A DNA stretch of 64,000 nt. Origin: Botryllus schlosseri (taxonomy: Eukaryota). The position numbers were made by a program, and so were the translations under genes. Below, piece by piece: positions 1-14,900 of the stretch (positions are counted from its first letter, which is position 1; each line of letters starts with the position of its first letter). The notes beneath the pieces were generated by a model that had not been told where the DNA came from, did not search any database, and saw only the letters and a list, made by a program, of their open reading frames with translations. The DNA lies in the NCBI GenBank assembly GCA_051294905.1, contig CM119375.1, forward strand, positions 17,980,001-18,044,000, read 5' to 3'.

Positions 1-369
1 GTGGGTAGAATTGTGATGTGCGCGTTCTGTATGTCATACATGCCCGTATAGTAGCATACCATTATATTATTAAAAAGAAATTCATGAGTGAGACCTGGGT
101 CGCAAGATGCCACAAAAAACTCAGATTTTGGTGGTAGTCTAAAAGCTACTTTACCGTTATTAAACTGTTATGAATTCTCAAGTTAGATTGAGCTAAAGAG
201 TCGAACACATAGTACCGTGAGTTATTTGCTCTTCTCGTTAACTTACGAGACAGAAGTTGGAACAACGTGTCATCAGGTAGCGAGCTCTAATGTGCCTACT
301 CTCCTTGATCGTTTTGCACCTTATGTTCCAAAGACATAAGGCAAAGCCTCTAACAAAGCAAAGCACTAA

Positions 370-803
370 CATGTGGGTTTTTCATCCTTTCGACAAACTG
401 GAGCCTCGCGGGACCTTTGCGTCAGCTCTCAAAAACGATTTCTTTCTGCAAGCATTTTTCACTCGCGAAAAATACGCTGTATTTTGGATAGGAGTGCAGA
501 ACAGATTTTAAGACCTGGTCATCCAAGCACTAGTAGACGTTCTTGTACAAATTCCCAACAACATTGTTTGGCCGAGAAGGATTTTAATTGAAAGCATAAC
601 GAGCGAAAAAAGTTGCCTTTTTAATGAGACACTTGATAGCTCAAGCTACATAGTGGCCAATTTGTTGCACATCCGAACAAAATGTTGTTAAGTAGGCCTA
701 TCTTTATCTTCTTTTTGGATAACAATTTTCGATTGGTTTGTGCGAATGAAATCTATTTTACAAAAAAAGTGCGAATGGAGCTCAAAAAGGTTGAAAAGCA
801 CTG
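370..803. mobile_element. Degenerate hAT-type MITE (right end clear, left end uncertain)
   Basis: Ends in AAAAGGTTGAAAAGCACTG (hAT-like TIR); about 700-803 resembles the reverse complement of the repeat end at about 11654-11730. No TSD verified. Confidence 0.4.
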
Positions 804-3800
804 ATATAGTGTATTCGTGCTCCTATTTTTGTTATATCGTTTACCTGCCATCTACGCACTTTGGGTTAATATTAGAACATGATGCTTAACCACAAAAGAT
901 CGGCTACGGCGCGAGAAGCTCCATTTGACCAGTTTTCGTCAACGCCAATGTTGATAATATTACTCACTCGGGTGGCAAATCCCAACGTGAACTTTCACTT
1001 CGACAGCTGTATCGTCGCTTGCGTCTGACGAATGAGCACCAAGATGGTAAGTCATGTCTGGTCTTCCTCTGTCGAAATGGCGATATTGCGATACATGTCT
1101 ACGTCGTAAAGTAACATGGATGTAGCGGATATCAGATAAAATGGGTGTGACACCGATTCCATCAAGGAAAAGCTCCAGACTCCGACCACACATCCGAAGG
1201 TGACAGAGGTGCTAGTCAATTAGTGGTATCAAAAAGAAAGGTTCCAGAGAATATATGTCGCATTAGAGTTACAATTTCCTGACGGATGGTATTGAACAGT
1301 CTATTCCTATTGTGTGGACTTCAGAGCGAGTCTTATGTGCGAAAATCACAAACAACATCATTACAGCAAGCAGTGACTCTAATTTCAACGATGCTGAAAA
1401 TATTTATCACTGTTTATCATATCTGTGAGGGGTCACGGACACTTTCGAAGAATAGAAGCTTTTGTGATGAATAAGACATGGGAAGGTCTTGTTTAGCTTA
1501 CGACAAATGACAGTGTGCAGCGGTCAACATGTAATCCTCCGATATCAGTGCTGCTCCACATATTGATATTCCATTGCTCTGAATCATGACTTGCCACGGC
1601 CAACTTCCCATTACCGCTTCAGAACCTCCGACTATTCGCCCGGAGAGTGCCGAGACTTTCCGAATCCCACATTTCCCTTTGAAAGAAAAAAAACATATAA
1701 ATTCCGAGGACTGTTTATGATATTGAATTTGCAGTCCTGGACTGATTTAAATTATATGCAGGGATGTTTTATATTGAGAATTGCCTGCGTGCACAAATTC
1801 ACTATCGCTCCCTAGTGTTATCCATTCAATGTACCAGGAATTCTTACTTTAATAGTCTAACTTTTGTACAGGGTGGTCCAAACCTGGCATGTAGCGCGTG
1901 TAGCGCGTATAGTGCGTCTTTTGTAAGATATCAGGTGTTAAGAACTCTTTAGGATGCTATCAAGCCACGAGCAGTTTGCCCTTTCAAAAATACATGTGTT
2001 CCATGTTCGATGACACCACTATTTCCCAAAGTAGTTCTTAGGTATGAAGCGACACATGAAACTGAATCTCGAAAGTGAACATATGCAAGTTTGTTCAGTT
2101 CTGTCGCGTACCGAAAATAATCAGACATTGTCCCCATTATGAGTAGAAATTGCCAATAGATTCCTGTACTGTGATACGTGCGATGCTTCAGGTCCACTAT
2201 AATGCAATCAGCTTTTAGTTGGCATGTCAACTCGATGAATGGATTAACGTTGTTCATTATGTTGTTGTACCGTTTGTTCGGCGATTACAACGCAAGTGTT
2301 TTGTTCGTCATATCAAATTCTTCTTCTGCATAATTTACTAATTTAGATATGCATAGGGGGACGATCAGTAATGCAGGTATATGTAAACTTAATCGTCTGG
2401 TTTTGTCTGCCGGACAAATTAAACAATGTGCGACAACGTCTGCGCGTCCTTCATTATACAACTGTGACTAAACGACAATTAATATTATCATTTGGATCAT
2501 ACGTTACCTACAACCTATAATAAACCAATCACTATTCGTCACCGTTAGTATGATAGAGTAACTTTTACATAACATACGACGAATTGCACATACAGTATTC
2601 TCTTTTCGCTGATATGTAAGTCAGCTGATATCATCAACCATGAAATTCCCCTACCTGAACCAATCTCATACGACGCGACTTTGTATGCCGCTGCCAATAA
2701 TATAAACCGTAGCTTGACGAGTAATATATTCTTCTGCATGGCTGTCTCGACGCAAACGCTAGTTACGAAAGACCCTACCTATGTAAATGGTCTCGTTTCT
2801 GATGCTCAATTTGTGACCTGAAGGAATCAATTCAACGAACACCCCATATGTACTCAGGTGTCTCGCAGAAACATGGTCACGGTAGACCAAGTTGAGTAAG
2901 CGAGGCATTCTCCAATCTTTTCTCTATCTTACGTCACGTTTGTGGATTTCTAGTTCAGGTAAGCTAACTAGGCTATGACTTTCTATTTACACTGACTCAA
3001 TGTGCCCTCGTTTGACAGTGCATGGGTGGTAGTGGTATATGCTTATTTAAATGAATCGTATTCCTTCGTATGGAATATTGGAAAAACTTGTTTCTTTCGA
3101 TACTGATTAAAATATGATTGTGATAGTTGTATTTGCCAGTGCACAACTGAAATGATGATCGGATTCACCAAAAATAGCGCCATTCAACCGTTCGGATTAC
3201 CTGTCACTAGATAAACAGCCGACCGTATAGGCCTATGCACCTACGCACCTATGGCCTACGGCCTACGCAATACGAGTGACACACGGCGTTAGTAAGCGCT
3301 CACATGCGGAAATGGCATTGTGAAGTGTCTATTAGATCTTGATATTTGTTGACGTCATGACATCATCGTACCACTCGGAATCCAGTGGCTCGGACGGATG
3401 ATAAGCCATATTCCATCATGTCCACGCTGATACACGGTAAGCAAAATGCGTGCTACCTGCGTAATACGCGGTGCTCCCTAACATTACCTACTCGGGTAGA
3501 GTGGGGCAACATGCCTTCCCTAAGCGGTGGAAGCGTCATAATACCCACCAAACTAGTCGAAACGGATTGAATTTCGGAATTTGCGCGCGAGATATCTTCC
3601 CCACTCTATCACGATCGTCTGGAAAGTCCAAGTATCAATTTTCATATGTAAAATTATCATTCGTCCATGTACATCAATTTGACGTTTTGCTACATGGGTA
3701 GGGAAAAACGCCTCCATTGACATTTTACATCGTTATACCCTACTAAATACCGGATGTCACTCAGTAACCGATAAATATGTAATCCATACGCAGACCCATA

Positions 3801-4424
3801 CATGCTTCTCCGCCTCATCATGGCGTACCGGATATTCTTCTTAAATTCATCCAGAAACACCAACTGATTATGATAAGTCAAACAACAAAGTAGGACACGT
3901 TCTTGAAATGTATCTTTTTGTTTAGTTAGCCTATATTCGCCAGCGGAATAGCAATGGAAACTTGAGTGGAAACCCAAGTGACAGTTTCGTCAGACCATTA
4001 GGCGATATTTGCTATAGTGTGACCCATTGAACGCTCACTCTGTTCCGTTGTATTGATGGCGGACGTCTTATCTCGTCGAAGCGTTTTACCCCATTCTACC
4101 CTAAACCCCATAAGAATTGGTTTATCTGACTCATTTTGACCTACCAGTACGCGACGAGTCGAGTATTTGTAAATTCACTCATTATGACGTGTTATCACTA
4201 TAAATCACCAGGAAAGTTGTAATGTTCATTTCATGTAACCACAAAATAACAATATGTCAGTTATACATCACATTAAAAATCTTTTTCTACCACACCTATT
4301 CCATTGGCAATGCTGTGAGTTGATCATGACTTCACATATATGGCATTTTCGGTAATACCGTAAACTTCGATGCTTGTGTGGACCTCGGTAGGATCCTCAC
4401 CAGCAACCCAATGGTGTTGCAACC

Positions 4425-4740
4425 GCGTCACATTACACTACGCTACTCTTAACTTCTAAGTTATTAACCGTTACCATTTTGAGAGATAAAAAGGGTAAGA
4501 AACAGTTACCTATACCAGCTCATTGTAATAATAAATCAACATATCTGTCATTGCCGGCACCCAGGCATATCTAGAGCCGTGTCGCATAGCATTACGCTAC
4601 TCGCCATTTCCAAATTATTACCCATTACCGTTTTAAGGGATGAAAAGAATAAGAATCAGTTCATTGTACTCGTAGATCAACATATGCGTCATTGCCGGCA
4701 CCCATGAATATCTAGTTCTAGATATCCCTGCCGGCACCTC
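4425..4740. repeat. Diverged tandem duplication, period about 154 bp
   Basis: Two copies of ...acgctactc...gataaaaag...atcaacatat..gtcattgccggcaccca...atatctag, starting at about 4425 and 4579. Confidence 0.7.
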
Positions 4741-5071
4741 TAAAGTAGTTATCACGTTCACGCTTGTCAATCACAGTATCTGAATCTAGGTACATAATTT
4801 TGTCGCGCCAATTTATCGTTTGGCTGCACGGATTCTCAATTGTTACAATGTCTGTATATATTCAAACACCCGTCTGAGGGATGACAATAATGAAGTATAG
4901 TACAGTGGTTATCAATTCTTTTGATCTCGCGGATCGGTGAAACATCAAAAATGGTGCGGATCGGTGAACTTTCAAGAATATAAACTAACCATAATCATAA
5001 TTATGACGAAGGTATGCAGATCAAATGTAACATTGGAAACTTTGAAACTTCATTTAATGCTTATAATAGAT

Positions 5072-5865
5072 CAGTGGTTCTCAACAGGGGGTCCGACAAA
5101 TTTGAAAAATGTGCGCTAACCTAAAAAATTAATATTTTTTTAATTAGAGAAATCTCGAAGCAGTTTCGTTTCATAATTGCTAAAACTCAAGGACTCACAT
5201 AAGCAGAATAGCAGTTTGAGATGAATTTGTCTACTGTGTAAACTCATTTTAATTGCCGAATCGCCAATAGCCTAATTAATGATACAGACATATTGCTGTT
5301 TAGAGATGTTTTGCTGGGGTTTTTGAAATAATTCGCTTGCAAAAATAAAATCCGATTTCTTTGTGATATACATATTCGCTATTCCAGAATAACTTCAATA
5401 TGAGCTGCTATATAAAAATGACTAAGCTGGACGTATATTGGTGCCATGTATGTTGCGATAAGACCCAAAGGTGTCGTCGGAAACGTTGCGCGTTATTATT
5501 TCAATCGCCACGACCTATCTTTGCGCAAGTTAATGCGTTTACGACACTCGTTCATGTCAAATGGACGGCGCAGAGCCAGATTTTCGAGACACGGCAGTGT
5601 ATTTCAAGAAATGCAGCCACATAATTCGCTTTGAAATAATAATCGTCTTCACAGTTTCTACATAAATATAGTATGGTGGTAATTTCAAGAAAGGTGATGA
5701 TTTCTGTTTATCACTAGCCTAGAGTAATATTTGCATAGGAAAGATTTAAATTTAAATTTAAATTTAATTTAAATAGAATTAAATTTGAACTAAAACTTGG
5801 GGGGTCTGCGGGCGTCCGTGATGGTCCAAAGGGGTCCGCGTAGCCCAAAAGGTTGAGAACCCCTG
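5072..5865. mobile_element. Non-autonomous hAT (Buster/Charlie-like) element
   Basis: TIRs CAGTGGTTCTCAAC ... GTTGAGAACCCCTG with GGGGTCCGCG subterminal motifs; flanks taatagat/cattagac (degenerate TSD, central TA); interior homologous to 6022-6886. Confidence 0.8.
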
Positions 5866-6021
5866 CATTAGACATTTACACGTGGTTCTGTTGAAGTTAC
5901 TGCAAGGCGAAGATCGCGGAGTCCTATTAACGACAACTAACTTGATTATAATTGTTTGGTATAAATTGAAAGAAACCCGCTTTGCTTTTTGCTCTCGCAT
6001 TTGTCTACATAGCCTCTATTA

Positions 6022-6886
6022 CAGTGGTTGTCAATCGGTGTCCGCGAAGCATTTTCAGGGGGTCCGCGAAACCTCTAACTTTGTAAAGTTATTATAAACC
6101 CAATTTTTATCTTTTTTAATAATAAAAACCTGAAACAGTTTCGCTTCATAAATGCTAAAACCTTAGGACTCACATCATTAAAATGGTCGTTTGAGATGAA
6201 ATATCCAACAGTGAAAACTCCTTTTAATTATCAGGTTACCAACAGCCTGCCTATGTCAACATATTGCTGTTTAGAGATGTTTTGTTGGGGTTGGTGGAAA
6301 AAATGAAATGTTTGAGATAGCATTTTGGATCTGGAGTTCTCAGTCTCAGCAAATTAGTAAACAGTCGTTTGAAACAGAAATTCCTGATTTTTTTTCCTAA
6401 TCTGTCCCGATGAAGGAATTGAAACCTCGCCACAGAATCATTTTTTTCTGTGATATAACCACTAAATAACTTCAAGATGAGATGCTAGATAAGAATAATT
6501 AGGCTGGACGTGGTATGTTCAATAAAAACTCACACCAAAAGCTGTCGTCGCAAGCGTTAGGAGTTACCTATATATCTTTGCGAAAATGGATTTTCAGCAC
6601 TCGTTCATATCCTATCGAAGCCGCGGATTTTCAGGACAATAAATACAGTTGCAAAATTCGTTTCGAAGTAATAAAATTCTGCCCAATTTCTACAATTAGT
6701 GTGGTGTTATTTCCAAGAAAAGTCATTTTGTGGCTGTTTATCACTAGCCTACAATTAATATTTGCATGGGACAGATGACGGTTGCCCGATACTTGGGATA
6801 ATTTTTAACGAAAACCTCAGGGGGTCCGCGAGGGTCTGTGGCGGTCCAAAAGGGGTCCACGAAGACAAGAAGGTTGCTAATCACTG
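6022..6886. mobile_element. Non-autonomous hAT (Buster/Charlie-like) element, same family as 5072-5865
   Basis: TIRs CAGTGGTTGTCAA ... TTGCTAATCACTG; TSD ctctatta/ctatatta (7/8). Confidence 0.85.
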
Positions 6887-7108
6887 CTATATTATACTGT
6901 CAAGTGTCGCTTATTGCATTGTCGGAATGTAACAAGTTTGTTAAAAAGTCTCTGTCTATTAGGTCACCACGCAGAAAAAGACGTTCAAAATTACGAAATC
7001 CATTTAACATTTGATGTTCAGCACTCCAATAATCGAAGCGTCCATCCTTCTGCATTTTGGAATTGAGTTTACGAGTTCAATAAATATTTTATCACAATGG
7101 AATAAAAG

Positions 7109-7444
7109 TAGGGTTACCATACGTCTTCCTTAAAGGATTTGTCCTCCTTTTTCGGGTTTTCGAAAATGTCCTCCGAGGACGCCTGAACGTCCTCCTTTTT
7201 GGCAATTCGTCCTCCCTTACAGGTTTTAGAGCTAATATAAAGGACAGATTCTACTGAGAAGGGGCATAAATGATTCTGATAATGTGAAAGAACAACTGTA
7301 TTTCTGGTGTTGAGCCTGAAAGTTGACATTTTTTTAGTCTACCAACCACAAAGTCGGGAAAATTCATCATTTTTCCGAATTTTACTCCACAATTATGAGT
7401 GAAAAAGCGTCCTCCTTTCCCCATTCCAAAATATGGTAACCCTA
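7109..7444. mobile_element. hAT Blackjack-like MITE
   Basis: TAGGGTTACCATACGTC ... ATATGGTAACCCTA TIRs with GTCCTCC repeats; related copies at 9413-9800 and 18643-19049; TSD not conserved. Confidence 0.75.
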
Positions 7445-7852
7445 TTGGTTGAGTAAGCATCATTCGCTGACTACCTACATGTAGTGTATTTCGCCCTTGA
7501 CGTTGTGTGATTGCGGGTCAAGCTCACAGCAGACTCCCACTAAATATTCACAAATGGAAAGCTGGATATTTTGATAAACTTTAGTAACAAAGCAAGTAAA
7601 AATTTTGAGATTGTCAAGGTGCAAGCTCCTCTAAATGTTGATATTTTATGCCGCCAGCGCCATGCATAGAGTGGCCCGCAGTTGAAATGAAATACATTTC
7701 AAACACAGATGTTATAATTGTGTTAAAATTGTAATATATGAAAAAGGTCACAGTTCAGAACCTATCAAGGTTCGTTTCTGAACGTGAACCTCTAAATCTC
7801 GGATGTTCACACACAGAACGCGAACGTGAAGCTCACGTTCACACCATCCCTA
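7445..7852 (-). mobile_element. Partial copy of the TAGGGATGGTGTGAAC hAT family
   Basis: Reverse complement of the left arm of 51151-52748, ending GTTCACACCATCCCTA. Confidence 0.75.
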
Positions 7853-8080
7853 ATAGCAAGCTCCCAAAGTTGCATAGATTACAATATGGTGCATGGGGTC
7901 AAGATCAGTGTTCATTTGGGCGAGAGGGGCCTGAAAAATGTCCTGAACCGGATCGTGACCACCTCCGGACGATCGGCAAAACTTTGGTAGCGTGACGTCA
8001 TATCGACGTCATTTCCGACATCCGCAAGTGGGGGCTAAAGAGTGTCGGGAATTTGAGCAACAAAATATGGTACTATTAAT
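7853..8080. mobile_element. Right-end remnant of the Blackjack-like family seen at 14656-15730
   Basis: Shares cctgaaccggatcgt.accacctc...gacgtcat...gaattt...aaatatggta with 15500-15730. Confidence 0.6.
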
Positions 8081-8911
8081 ACCCCTAAACCAGGGGTGTC
8101 AAAAAGGACCCGCCAGATGATTTCATCCGGCCCGCGAAGCAATTTCGAGTAGATTGAAAAATAACAAACGTTGAGATTTTTACGAAGAAATAGGCTACAA
8201 TAAAATAATTCCTCAGGACAGCAAATGTTGAGTATGTTCAATGGCCACTTTCATGAAACGAAATGTTTAACGTTGAAAATTGATTGGCCCTCATACAATT
8301 CAAGACCAGTAACGGGTGCGGCAAACTGCACGGTAAGGCAGTAAAGCAGGTTTCGATTGAGGGGAAAAGAAAAAGCATTCGATTGAGGGGAAAAGAAAAA
8401 GAACTTTGATCTCCCAAATTTTTACTGGTAATCTTGACCGCTATGCGAAAGTGCACGAACCTGTCGCGGACCAGTAACGAGCTCCTCGTCAACCCGCCCT
8501 GGTCCACGGACCATCGGCTGCCGATAACGTGACTTCATGATAAACCGTTTTTCGGTATTATTATCTAGTCTGCATGCACCACCGACATTTTTCTCCATGC
8601 TGTAGAACCCGGCACGGCGAATGTCTAGCATGAGAGCCGCAGATGCCAGTGTTAACCGGCCGGAGATGGTACCCACGACCTACAGCTTCAGAAGCCAGAC
8701 GCTCCATCTATCATTACCCTATCTCGCTCAGTTAGTCGGGTCAAACCCTTAACCGATTAAAAGTTCTTTCAACAGTACGAGCTGTGCAATTGTCAACTTC
8801 TGAAATTGACACTTTCATCGTTTAAGTCGAAACAGTGTCGTTGGACAATGGACATTTAGTACTCGTTTATTTTCACTTGTCAAGACTGATACCGGTGCTA
8901 TGATATATTAA

Positions 8912-11900
8912 CTATATTGCATGGTAAGGATGATGTCCCGCATCGATAACGATCGTGTGCCCAGTGATGCAGTTTGCCGATGGTGAAGCCAGAAATACCA
9001 CTGCTTTAGCGACGTCGTCTGCAGAGATGAGCCCGCTCAGCGTGCCCAGTGGCTGGCATGCAGCCATGAAGTTCACGGTCTGGAATACGAGGCAAGAGTC
9101 ATTTTAACCCGCGTGTTTGACCTGCGTGTGACTAATCATGTAGCAGTGCTGTGGAGTCGGTAAATAATACCACCGACTTCAACTCCCGACTCCGGACATT
9201 TTCATTATACCGACTATACACATTTTCAATATACTCACTACAACTCCGACTGAGTCTTTAAACGTACTACAAATTAAGTTAAAAAATTATACGCCCTAGT
9301 GATGCGCACGATATATGCCTCTAAAACTGTTGTTGTGTCTGTCAGAAAGCATTTGCCACTCGCGGAAAATACGGTGCATTTTGGATATGAATGTTGGATG
9401 GTTCTTCTGAAGTAGGGTAACCATACGTCGTCTATAGGAGGATTTGTCATCTATTTTCGGTCAAAATGTCCGCCTTTATGGCAATTCGTCTTCCTTTACA
9501 GCTTTCAGAGCTAATATAGTGGACTATAGTGGAAAGATTGTACCGAGAACGGGCATACACGCGACGCTACATAGGAAATTCGTGGTTGGGATGAAAGTGA
9601 CGACCTTTACCAATGGAGAGAATGTGGAAGAAGGACTGTATTTCTGAAGCTGATCGGGAAAGTTGACCTTTATTTTTTCTAGTCAACCAACAGCAAGTCG
9701 GGAAAAATCTATCATTTTTCCGAATTTTACCCCACAATCCTGGGTCTGAAAATTTTGTCAAAGTGTCCTCCTTTCCCGATTCCAAAATTTGGTAACCCTA
9801 CGTCCAAATGACTGCCATATAACCTTTGAACATATGCAATCATATATTATACATGGCATGCAAAATTGTTGTGGCACAGCTCGAATTATCCACTATGCAA
9901 TTAACATGAAAGAATGCATTTCTCATAAAAACTTATAAAACATGCGGGTATAACATGGACTCTCTAATATCCTAATATGTTTGAATCATTCAAACAGGAC
10001 ATACATCCAATCCCGCTTTAGCTAAAATGTGGATTAGTCAGTAACTAATACAGAGATGCAACTTACTAATTTTTTCATTACACACTATACTGATTCCAGG
10101 TACACACACTCTCACTAATAATAAACTAGGATGTAGTGAAAAAGCATATGTCTAGTCTACATGCACTTACTCAAGTATTCATAGACATGTAGTTTATCTC
10201 TTAATCATTTGTTTGACCCCAGCAGCTAAGCTACGCTACAAATATTTTCAAATATTTTGAATTTTGTCAAGTGGGAATCAGCGTTTGGTTATATTTTCAT
10301 CAATTTTACAAAACGCACCAGATGATGTATCTACTCCGTTGCAGTACCACGGCATGATTCCAAAAATTGCATCAATACGTGACTGCATCGCGAAGATGCA
10401 TATTGCGATTTTCTTCCCCTATGCAACTGAATTATAATTTGCAAATAATGTCCAATTTCTTCTTTATCGTTACCAATAGCAATGATTGATGCAGTGTTGG
10501 GATCAAGTCACTACCTTCGAGTCACAAGTCATCTCGAGTTATTGCTTATTTTGACTCAGGTCAAGTCAATCGATTTTTTAAAGTGACTCGAGTCAAATCA
10601 AGTCATTCGATTTTTAGAGGTGACTTGAGTCAGGACAAGTGATGAGTCGAAGTACGCAGTATGATTAAGTCATTGCATGATTTTACATCGATGATCGAAT
10701 ATAGAATTAAATAGATATACAAAAAGAGTTGTACAGCTCGCACGCGTAGGTAAAATTGGTAAACTAAGCAAGTAACTGTATACCCTACATCTATAATTAT
10801 CCGCCGAAATATAGAATAGAATACGCAACCCCAGATAGTTTGACGTAAATGATATGATGCACTACCCAATTACAAATTCATGTGATACAATTCAAGCCTG
10901 CGCTAATGGTTGACGAGTAAGAAACTATATTCGAATTCAATTCAAATCATACAAGAGGTTGGGCACCGAGGACCAATGACCAGTCGACAGAACGCAGATG
11001 GATACCTAGCTATTATATTGTTTTCCTGCTAGTTAGCTATTATATTGTTGTCCTGCTAGTTAACGACAACGTACGCTGTGACCCTCAATCACTTCGTTTG
11101 CAGTCAATCTATATTTGTGATAGAACAATGGAGTTTTAGTAAAACGCAAAATCATTCAATGATGAAATTGGCCGCTCTCGCAGGTTACACCAACGTATCG
11201 AGAGCAATCCGAACATATGAAAGATACGGCGATTTTTATCGACACAAAATACTCGACGACCTAAATTGACTCGGAAATTGTGGTTCGGGTCACGATTTGA
11301 GCTGCATTTTTGAAAGGTAGAGTCAAGTAAAGTCATTTTTGCAAAGTGACTCGAGTCAAGTCAAGTCATACGAAATGGTTGACTCGCAAGTCATGATTTG
11401 ATTCATTTCAACAGTGGATTGATGGTATATAAAAATCCTGTTTCAAGTATAGTAGTCGTAAATTGACGATACCTTTGTGAATGCAATTGAAAGCATTTGT
11501 TTTGAGTCTGTGAATCAGGGTGATTTTCCACGACTCCGACTCCATCCACTATAGTTTTCACGACTCCGACTCAAAGGCGTGCTACAAAGAGGCCCCGACT
11601 CCATTAAGCGAAAATTAGCCGGATATCTCCGACTCCAGTCCTGTCATGTAGCCCAGTGCTTTTTACACCTTTTTGGGCACCATCTGCTCAAACCAACCGA
11701 AAATTGTTATGCAAAAATAATATGAAGATCATCGACAATACTTTGTTCATATGTGCGAGAACTAGTCTACTGATTTAGGCCATCAAGTGTATCAACTATC
11801 TTTCCTCGTTTTGATTTGAACTATAGAGGGCAACCAAGTCGGTTTTGTACAGGAACGGCTAGTGCTTGGATGGTCAGGTCTTTATAAGAACCATCCAGCC

Positions 11901-14900
11901 AGGGATATCTAGAAACTAGATAGATGTCCTGCATCCAGCACTCATTTTCCAAATACAACGGATTTTCACGAGTGAAAAATGCTTGCTCGCAGAATGAGAG
12001 TCAGCAATGATGGTATTCATTACTGCTGTCTTGCGCTCCGTGCTAATCGAGCCGTTGTTACGAAAATATGATGATTGTTCAGAGAAAGAAAGCAGGAAAC
12101 AATTTGACGTCATTTTCTCGCGTACCACGGGCTCAGACATGCTGATGCATACCGTGTGTCTTTCACTACACCCACTTTCGCGCCGTACTTTTGATTACGT
12201 GATAATTATAGTGCGCGCAAATAGTTCACCACGGCTGGTGCGAGACAATTACAATTACGATTGCCTCACAGCAGCAATAAAAATTGTGGTACGATTGTGC
12301 CACAGCGACGAACTTGTAGGGGTACGATGGCGCCACAGCAACAAAAGTTGAGGAGCCAGTGCACGTGAAGAGATTCCACTGCACTTGAATTTCCCATCAG
12401 GTTCATTTTAAATATTCCACGTCAGAAAAAATTCACAATCATATGATTTTCCTCTGGACAAGTGCGTGCCATCCCACAGGTGTAAAAGCACGGATGCAGC
12501 CCATGACAGGCTCTCCCCATCTACCGAATTTGATTACAAATTCGTGCATCAAAGTCGTCACGGTGCAATTGGCGTAAGCCAGTCGTAGACATACAATAAT
12601 GACGATAGAAAGACAGTTAAAAAGAAGACAATTACCGCGTCGACTTCCTGTTGAGATAACTTGTTCTCGCCGCCCTCCCCTGCGAGCTGTCTTGTTTTCA
12701 CTGTTCCAGGACTGGAAAACAGATACAATCATTTGGGGCAAATTAGAATTAGCGAGAGGACTTGTATATTCACCTGACGCCGTTCACCCGCACACCTTTT
12801 TTTGAACACTCTGTTGAAATAGCAAGATAGTGAACATAGGTGCAGCCATGATAAAAATTTACTAGAATTCCCGACGTTTTCTGCCCGCGACTAGGCCTAT
12901 GTTGAAAAACGTGCGTCACGCGTCTTACCGATCGTTTAGGCATTTTGGCTCCTTCGTAAAGCAACGTAGAATAACGTTAATTAAACCTGGAAGCTTAATT
13001 TTCACCTTAATCAGCTTGCACGTTGCACAGCCTGTGCTCTATGCGAAATTCGTGACATATGGAACGAGAAATATCTGCCATCGCACGTGCAGAGTAAGCC
13101 CTACTATAGCTGCTATAAAATGCAGTTAGTTGCTCTTGCCTTATAGGAAAGTAGTTGATCCGATATGTTGAAGAAAACTTGACATATAGGACCGTCGATC
13201 AAAGCGCTCGAGAACCACTGGTATGGATTGTAATATACATAGCTTTATGTATAGAATTGCAAAGGCAATCACAGGGTCAGAGGGAAGGAGTTACCGCATT
13301 GAGGAACACTCAAATGGCTCACGTCATATTGAGCGGTAGCGAGGACACCGAATACCAGATGAATATTTGTGGACAGTTTTTGAATCGGATCTAAATTTTT
13401 ACGGGCCGAGGTCAACGTTTCAATTATAGACTTCACTAATCACTATTGACAATCGCGACTCTGTCTTCCAGAGATGAGCATGGATTAGGATTAGGACTTG
13501 AAAAAAACGGATTTGTGAAAATATTTCGGATTTGGATTGGATCAGGATTAGAGATTTTTTTCAGAGTGGATTTGGATTGGATTTACTAATTTTCTGTGAG
13601 ATTGATATGCCGTGTGGCGAATGGTGATAAACTTTGTTCAGATCCGTTATGTACTTGAGAGGTGCAGCTCTATGCCAAGTTATCTTAAATCAATAGAATT
13701 GTTGGTTGTGAAGAAAAAAAAAACTATTACTCCCTTGCAAAAATTAATATTTATACTGAATATCAAGTTAGAATCGGATTAGGATTGCATACGGATTTGA
13801 ATATACAAAAGCTATGGATTTGGATCAGGATTTGTGGTTTCGGATTTGGATTGGATTAGGACATAGAAATTCCTAATCCGCTTATCTCTGCCGTCTTCCC
13901 GTGCCGCCTTGTGGCGAGCTGCTCTCACATTCGCTATATGATTGCGATCCTGTGTTACTTGAAAAATAAGAAACAGCTAAACTTCTAACGAGCTTTTAAG
14001 CCTTGGTCACACTCTTCCGAAGTTTGTAAAAGTATAAGCCAGATGGATTGTTTACCGAACGCCAGAGCTTCAGTAAAGTGATTCAAAGCAGCCTTGCTCA
14101 TGCCGTACGCAAGTCCCTTGGGAAATATCTGCGATGCAGCAAGACTGGATACGTTAACGATGCAGCCTGAAAAAATTCAACTCAGTAGGCTATCAAGAAA
14201 AGAAGATATGCTCTCATACCCGTACCTTCAGCCTTTTCTAGTGCAGGAAGCATGGCTTGGCACAGTAAAAATGGAGCACGTGCGTTAACATTGAAGACTC
14301 TTTCGAATTCTTCAACTTCTGTCTAAATAATTACCTCGCTTAGCGCCAGCGTGATTACATATACAATGTGAACTACATGCAAACTACTGAACTTGCAGCG
14401 TACTCGGTTCCAGAATAGCACCTATTCAAGTTACCTCTTGGAAAGTACACACGACGGCGGAACCAGCGTTATTTACGAGAATATCAATTTTACTGAAAGT
14501 TTCCATGGCAGTTTTCCCAAGCTTTCCGACATCATCAGTGTTTGAGAGATCAGCGATAACTTGAACGACCTGAAAACAAACCTTCATAAGGTAATCTATC
14601 ATTACATCCAGCTGTTCACTCCGCAAATACGCAGTGCAATATGCGGATGATTACATAGGGTTGCCATACGTCCGGAATTTTCCGGACATGTCCGGAATTT
14701 TACTGTTCAAGCTAGCGTCCGGGAGGAATTTCTTAAATATGCCAAATGTCCGGAATTTTGAAGACTTGACGTAGGCTCATAATTTATTCGTAAATCAACA
14801 TAAAAACATTATTTCTGGGACTATTTATGCTGATGCACGATATATGTTTCTTCGCGCTGCGCGCGATTTACTATCACATTCATTGATTTTAATATGGAGA

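Larger units (their letters stand above)
9144..11643. mobile_element. 2.5-kb non-autonomous hAT element in SDR intron 6, carrying two nested elements
   Basis: TIRs CAGTGCTGTGGAGTCGG ... CCGACTCCAGTCCTG; perfect TSD tcatgtag (9136-9143, 11644-11651); CCGACTC subterminal arrays. Confidence 0.88.

Noticed and set aside
5744-5790. (TTTAAA)n self-complementary tract, potential cruciform
   Set aside because: Short slippage expansion inside a MITE, absent from the paralogous copy; no evidence of function.
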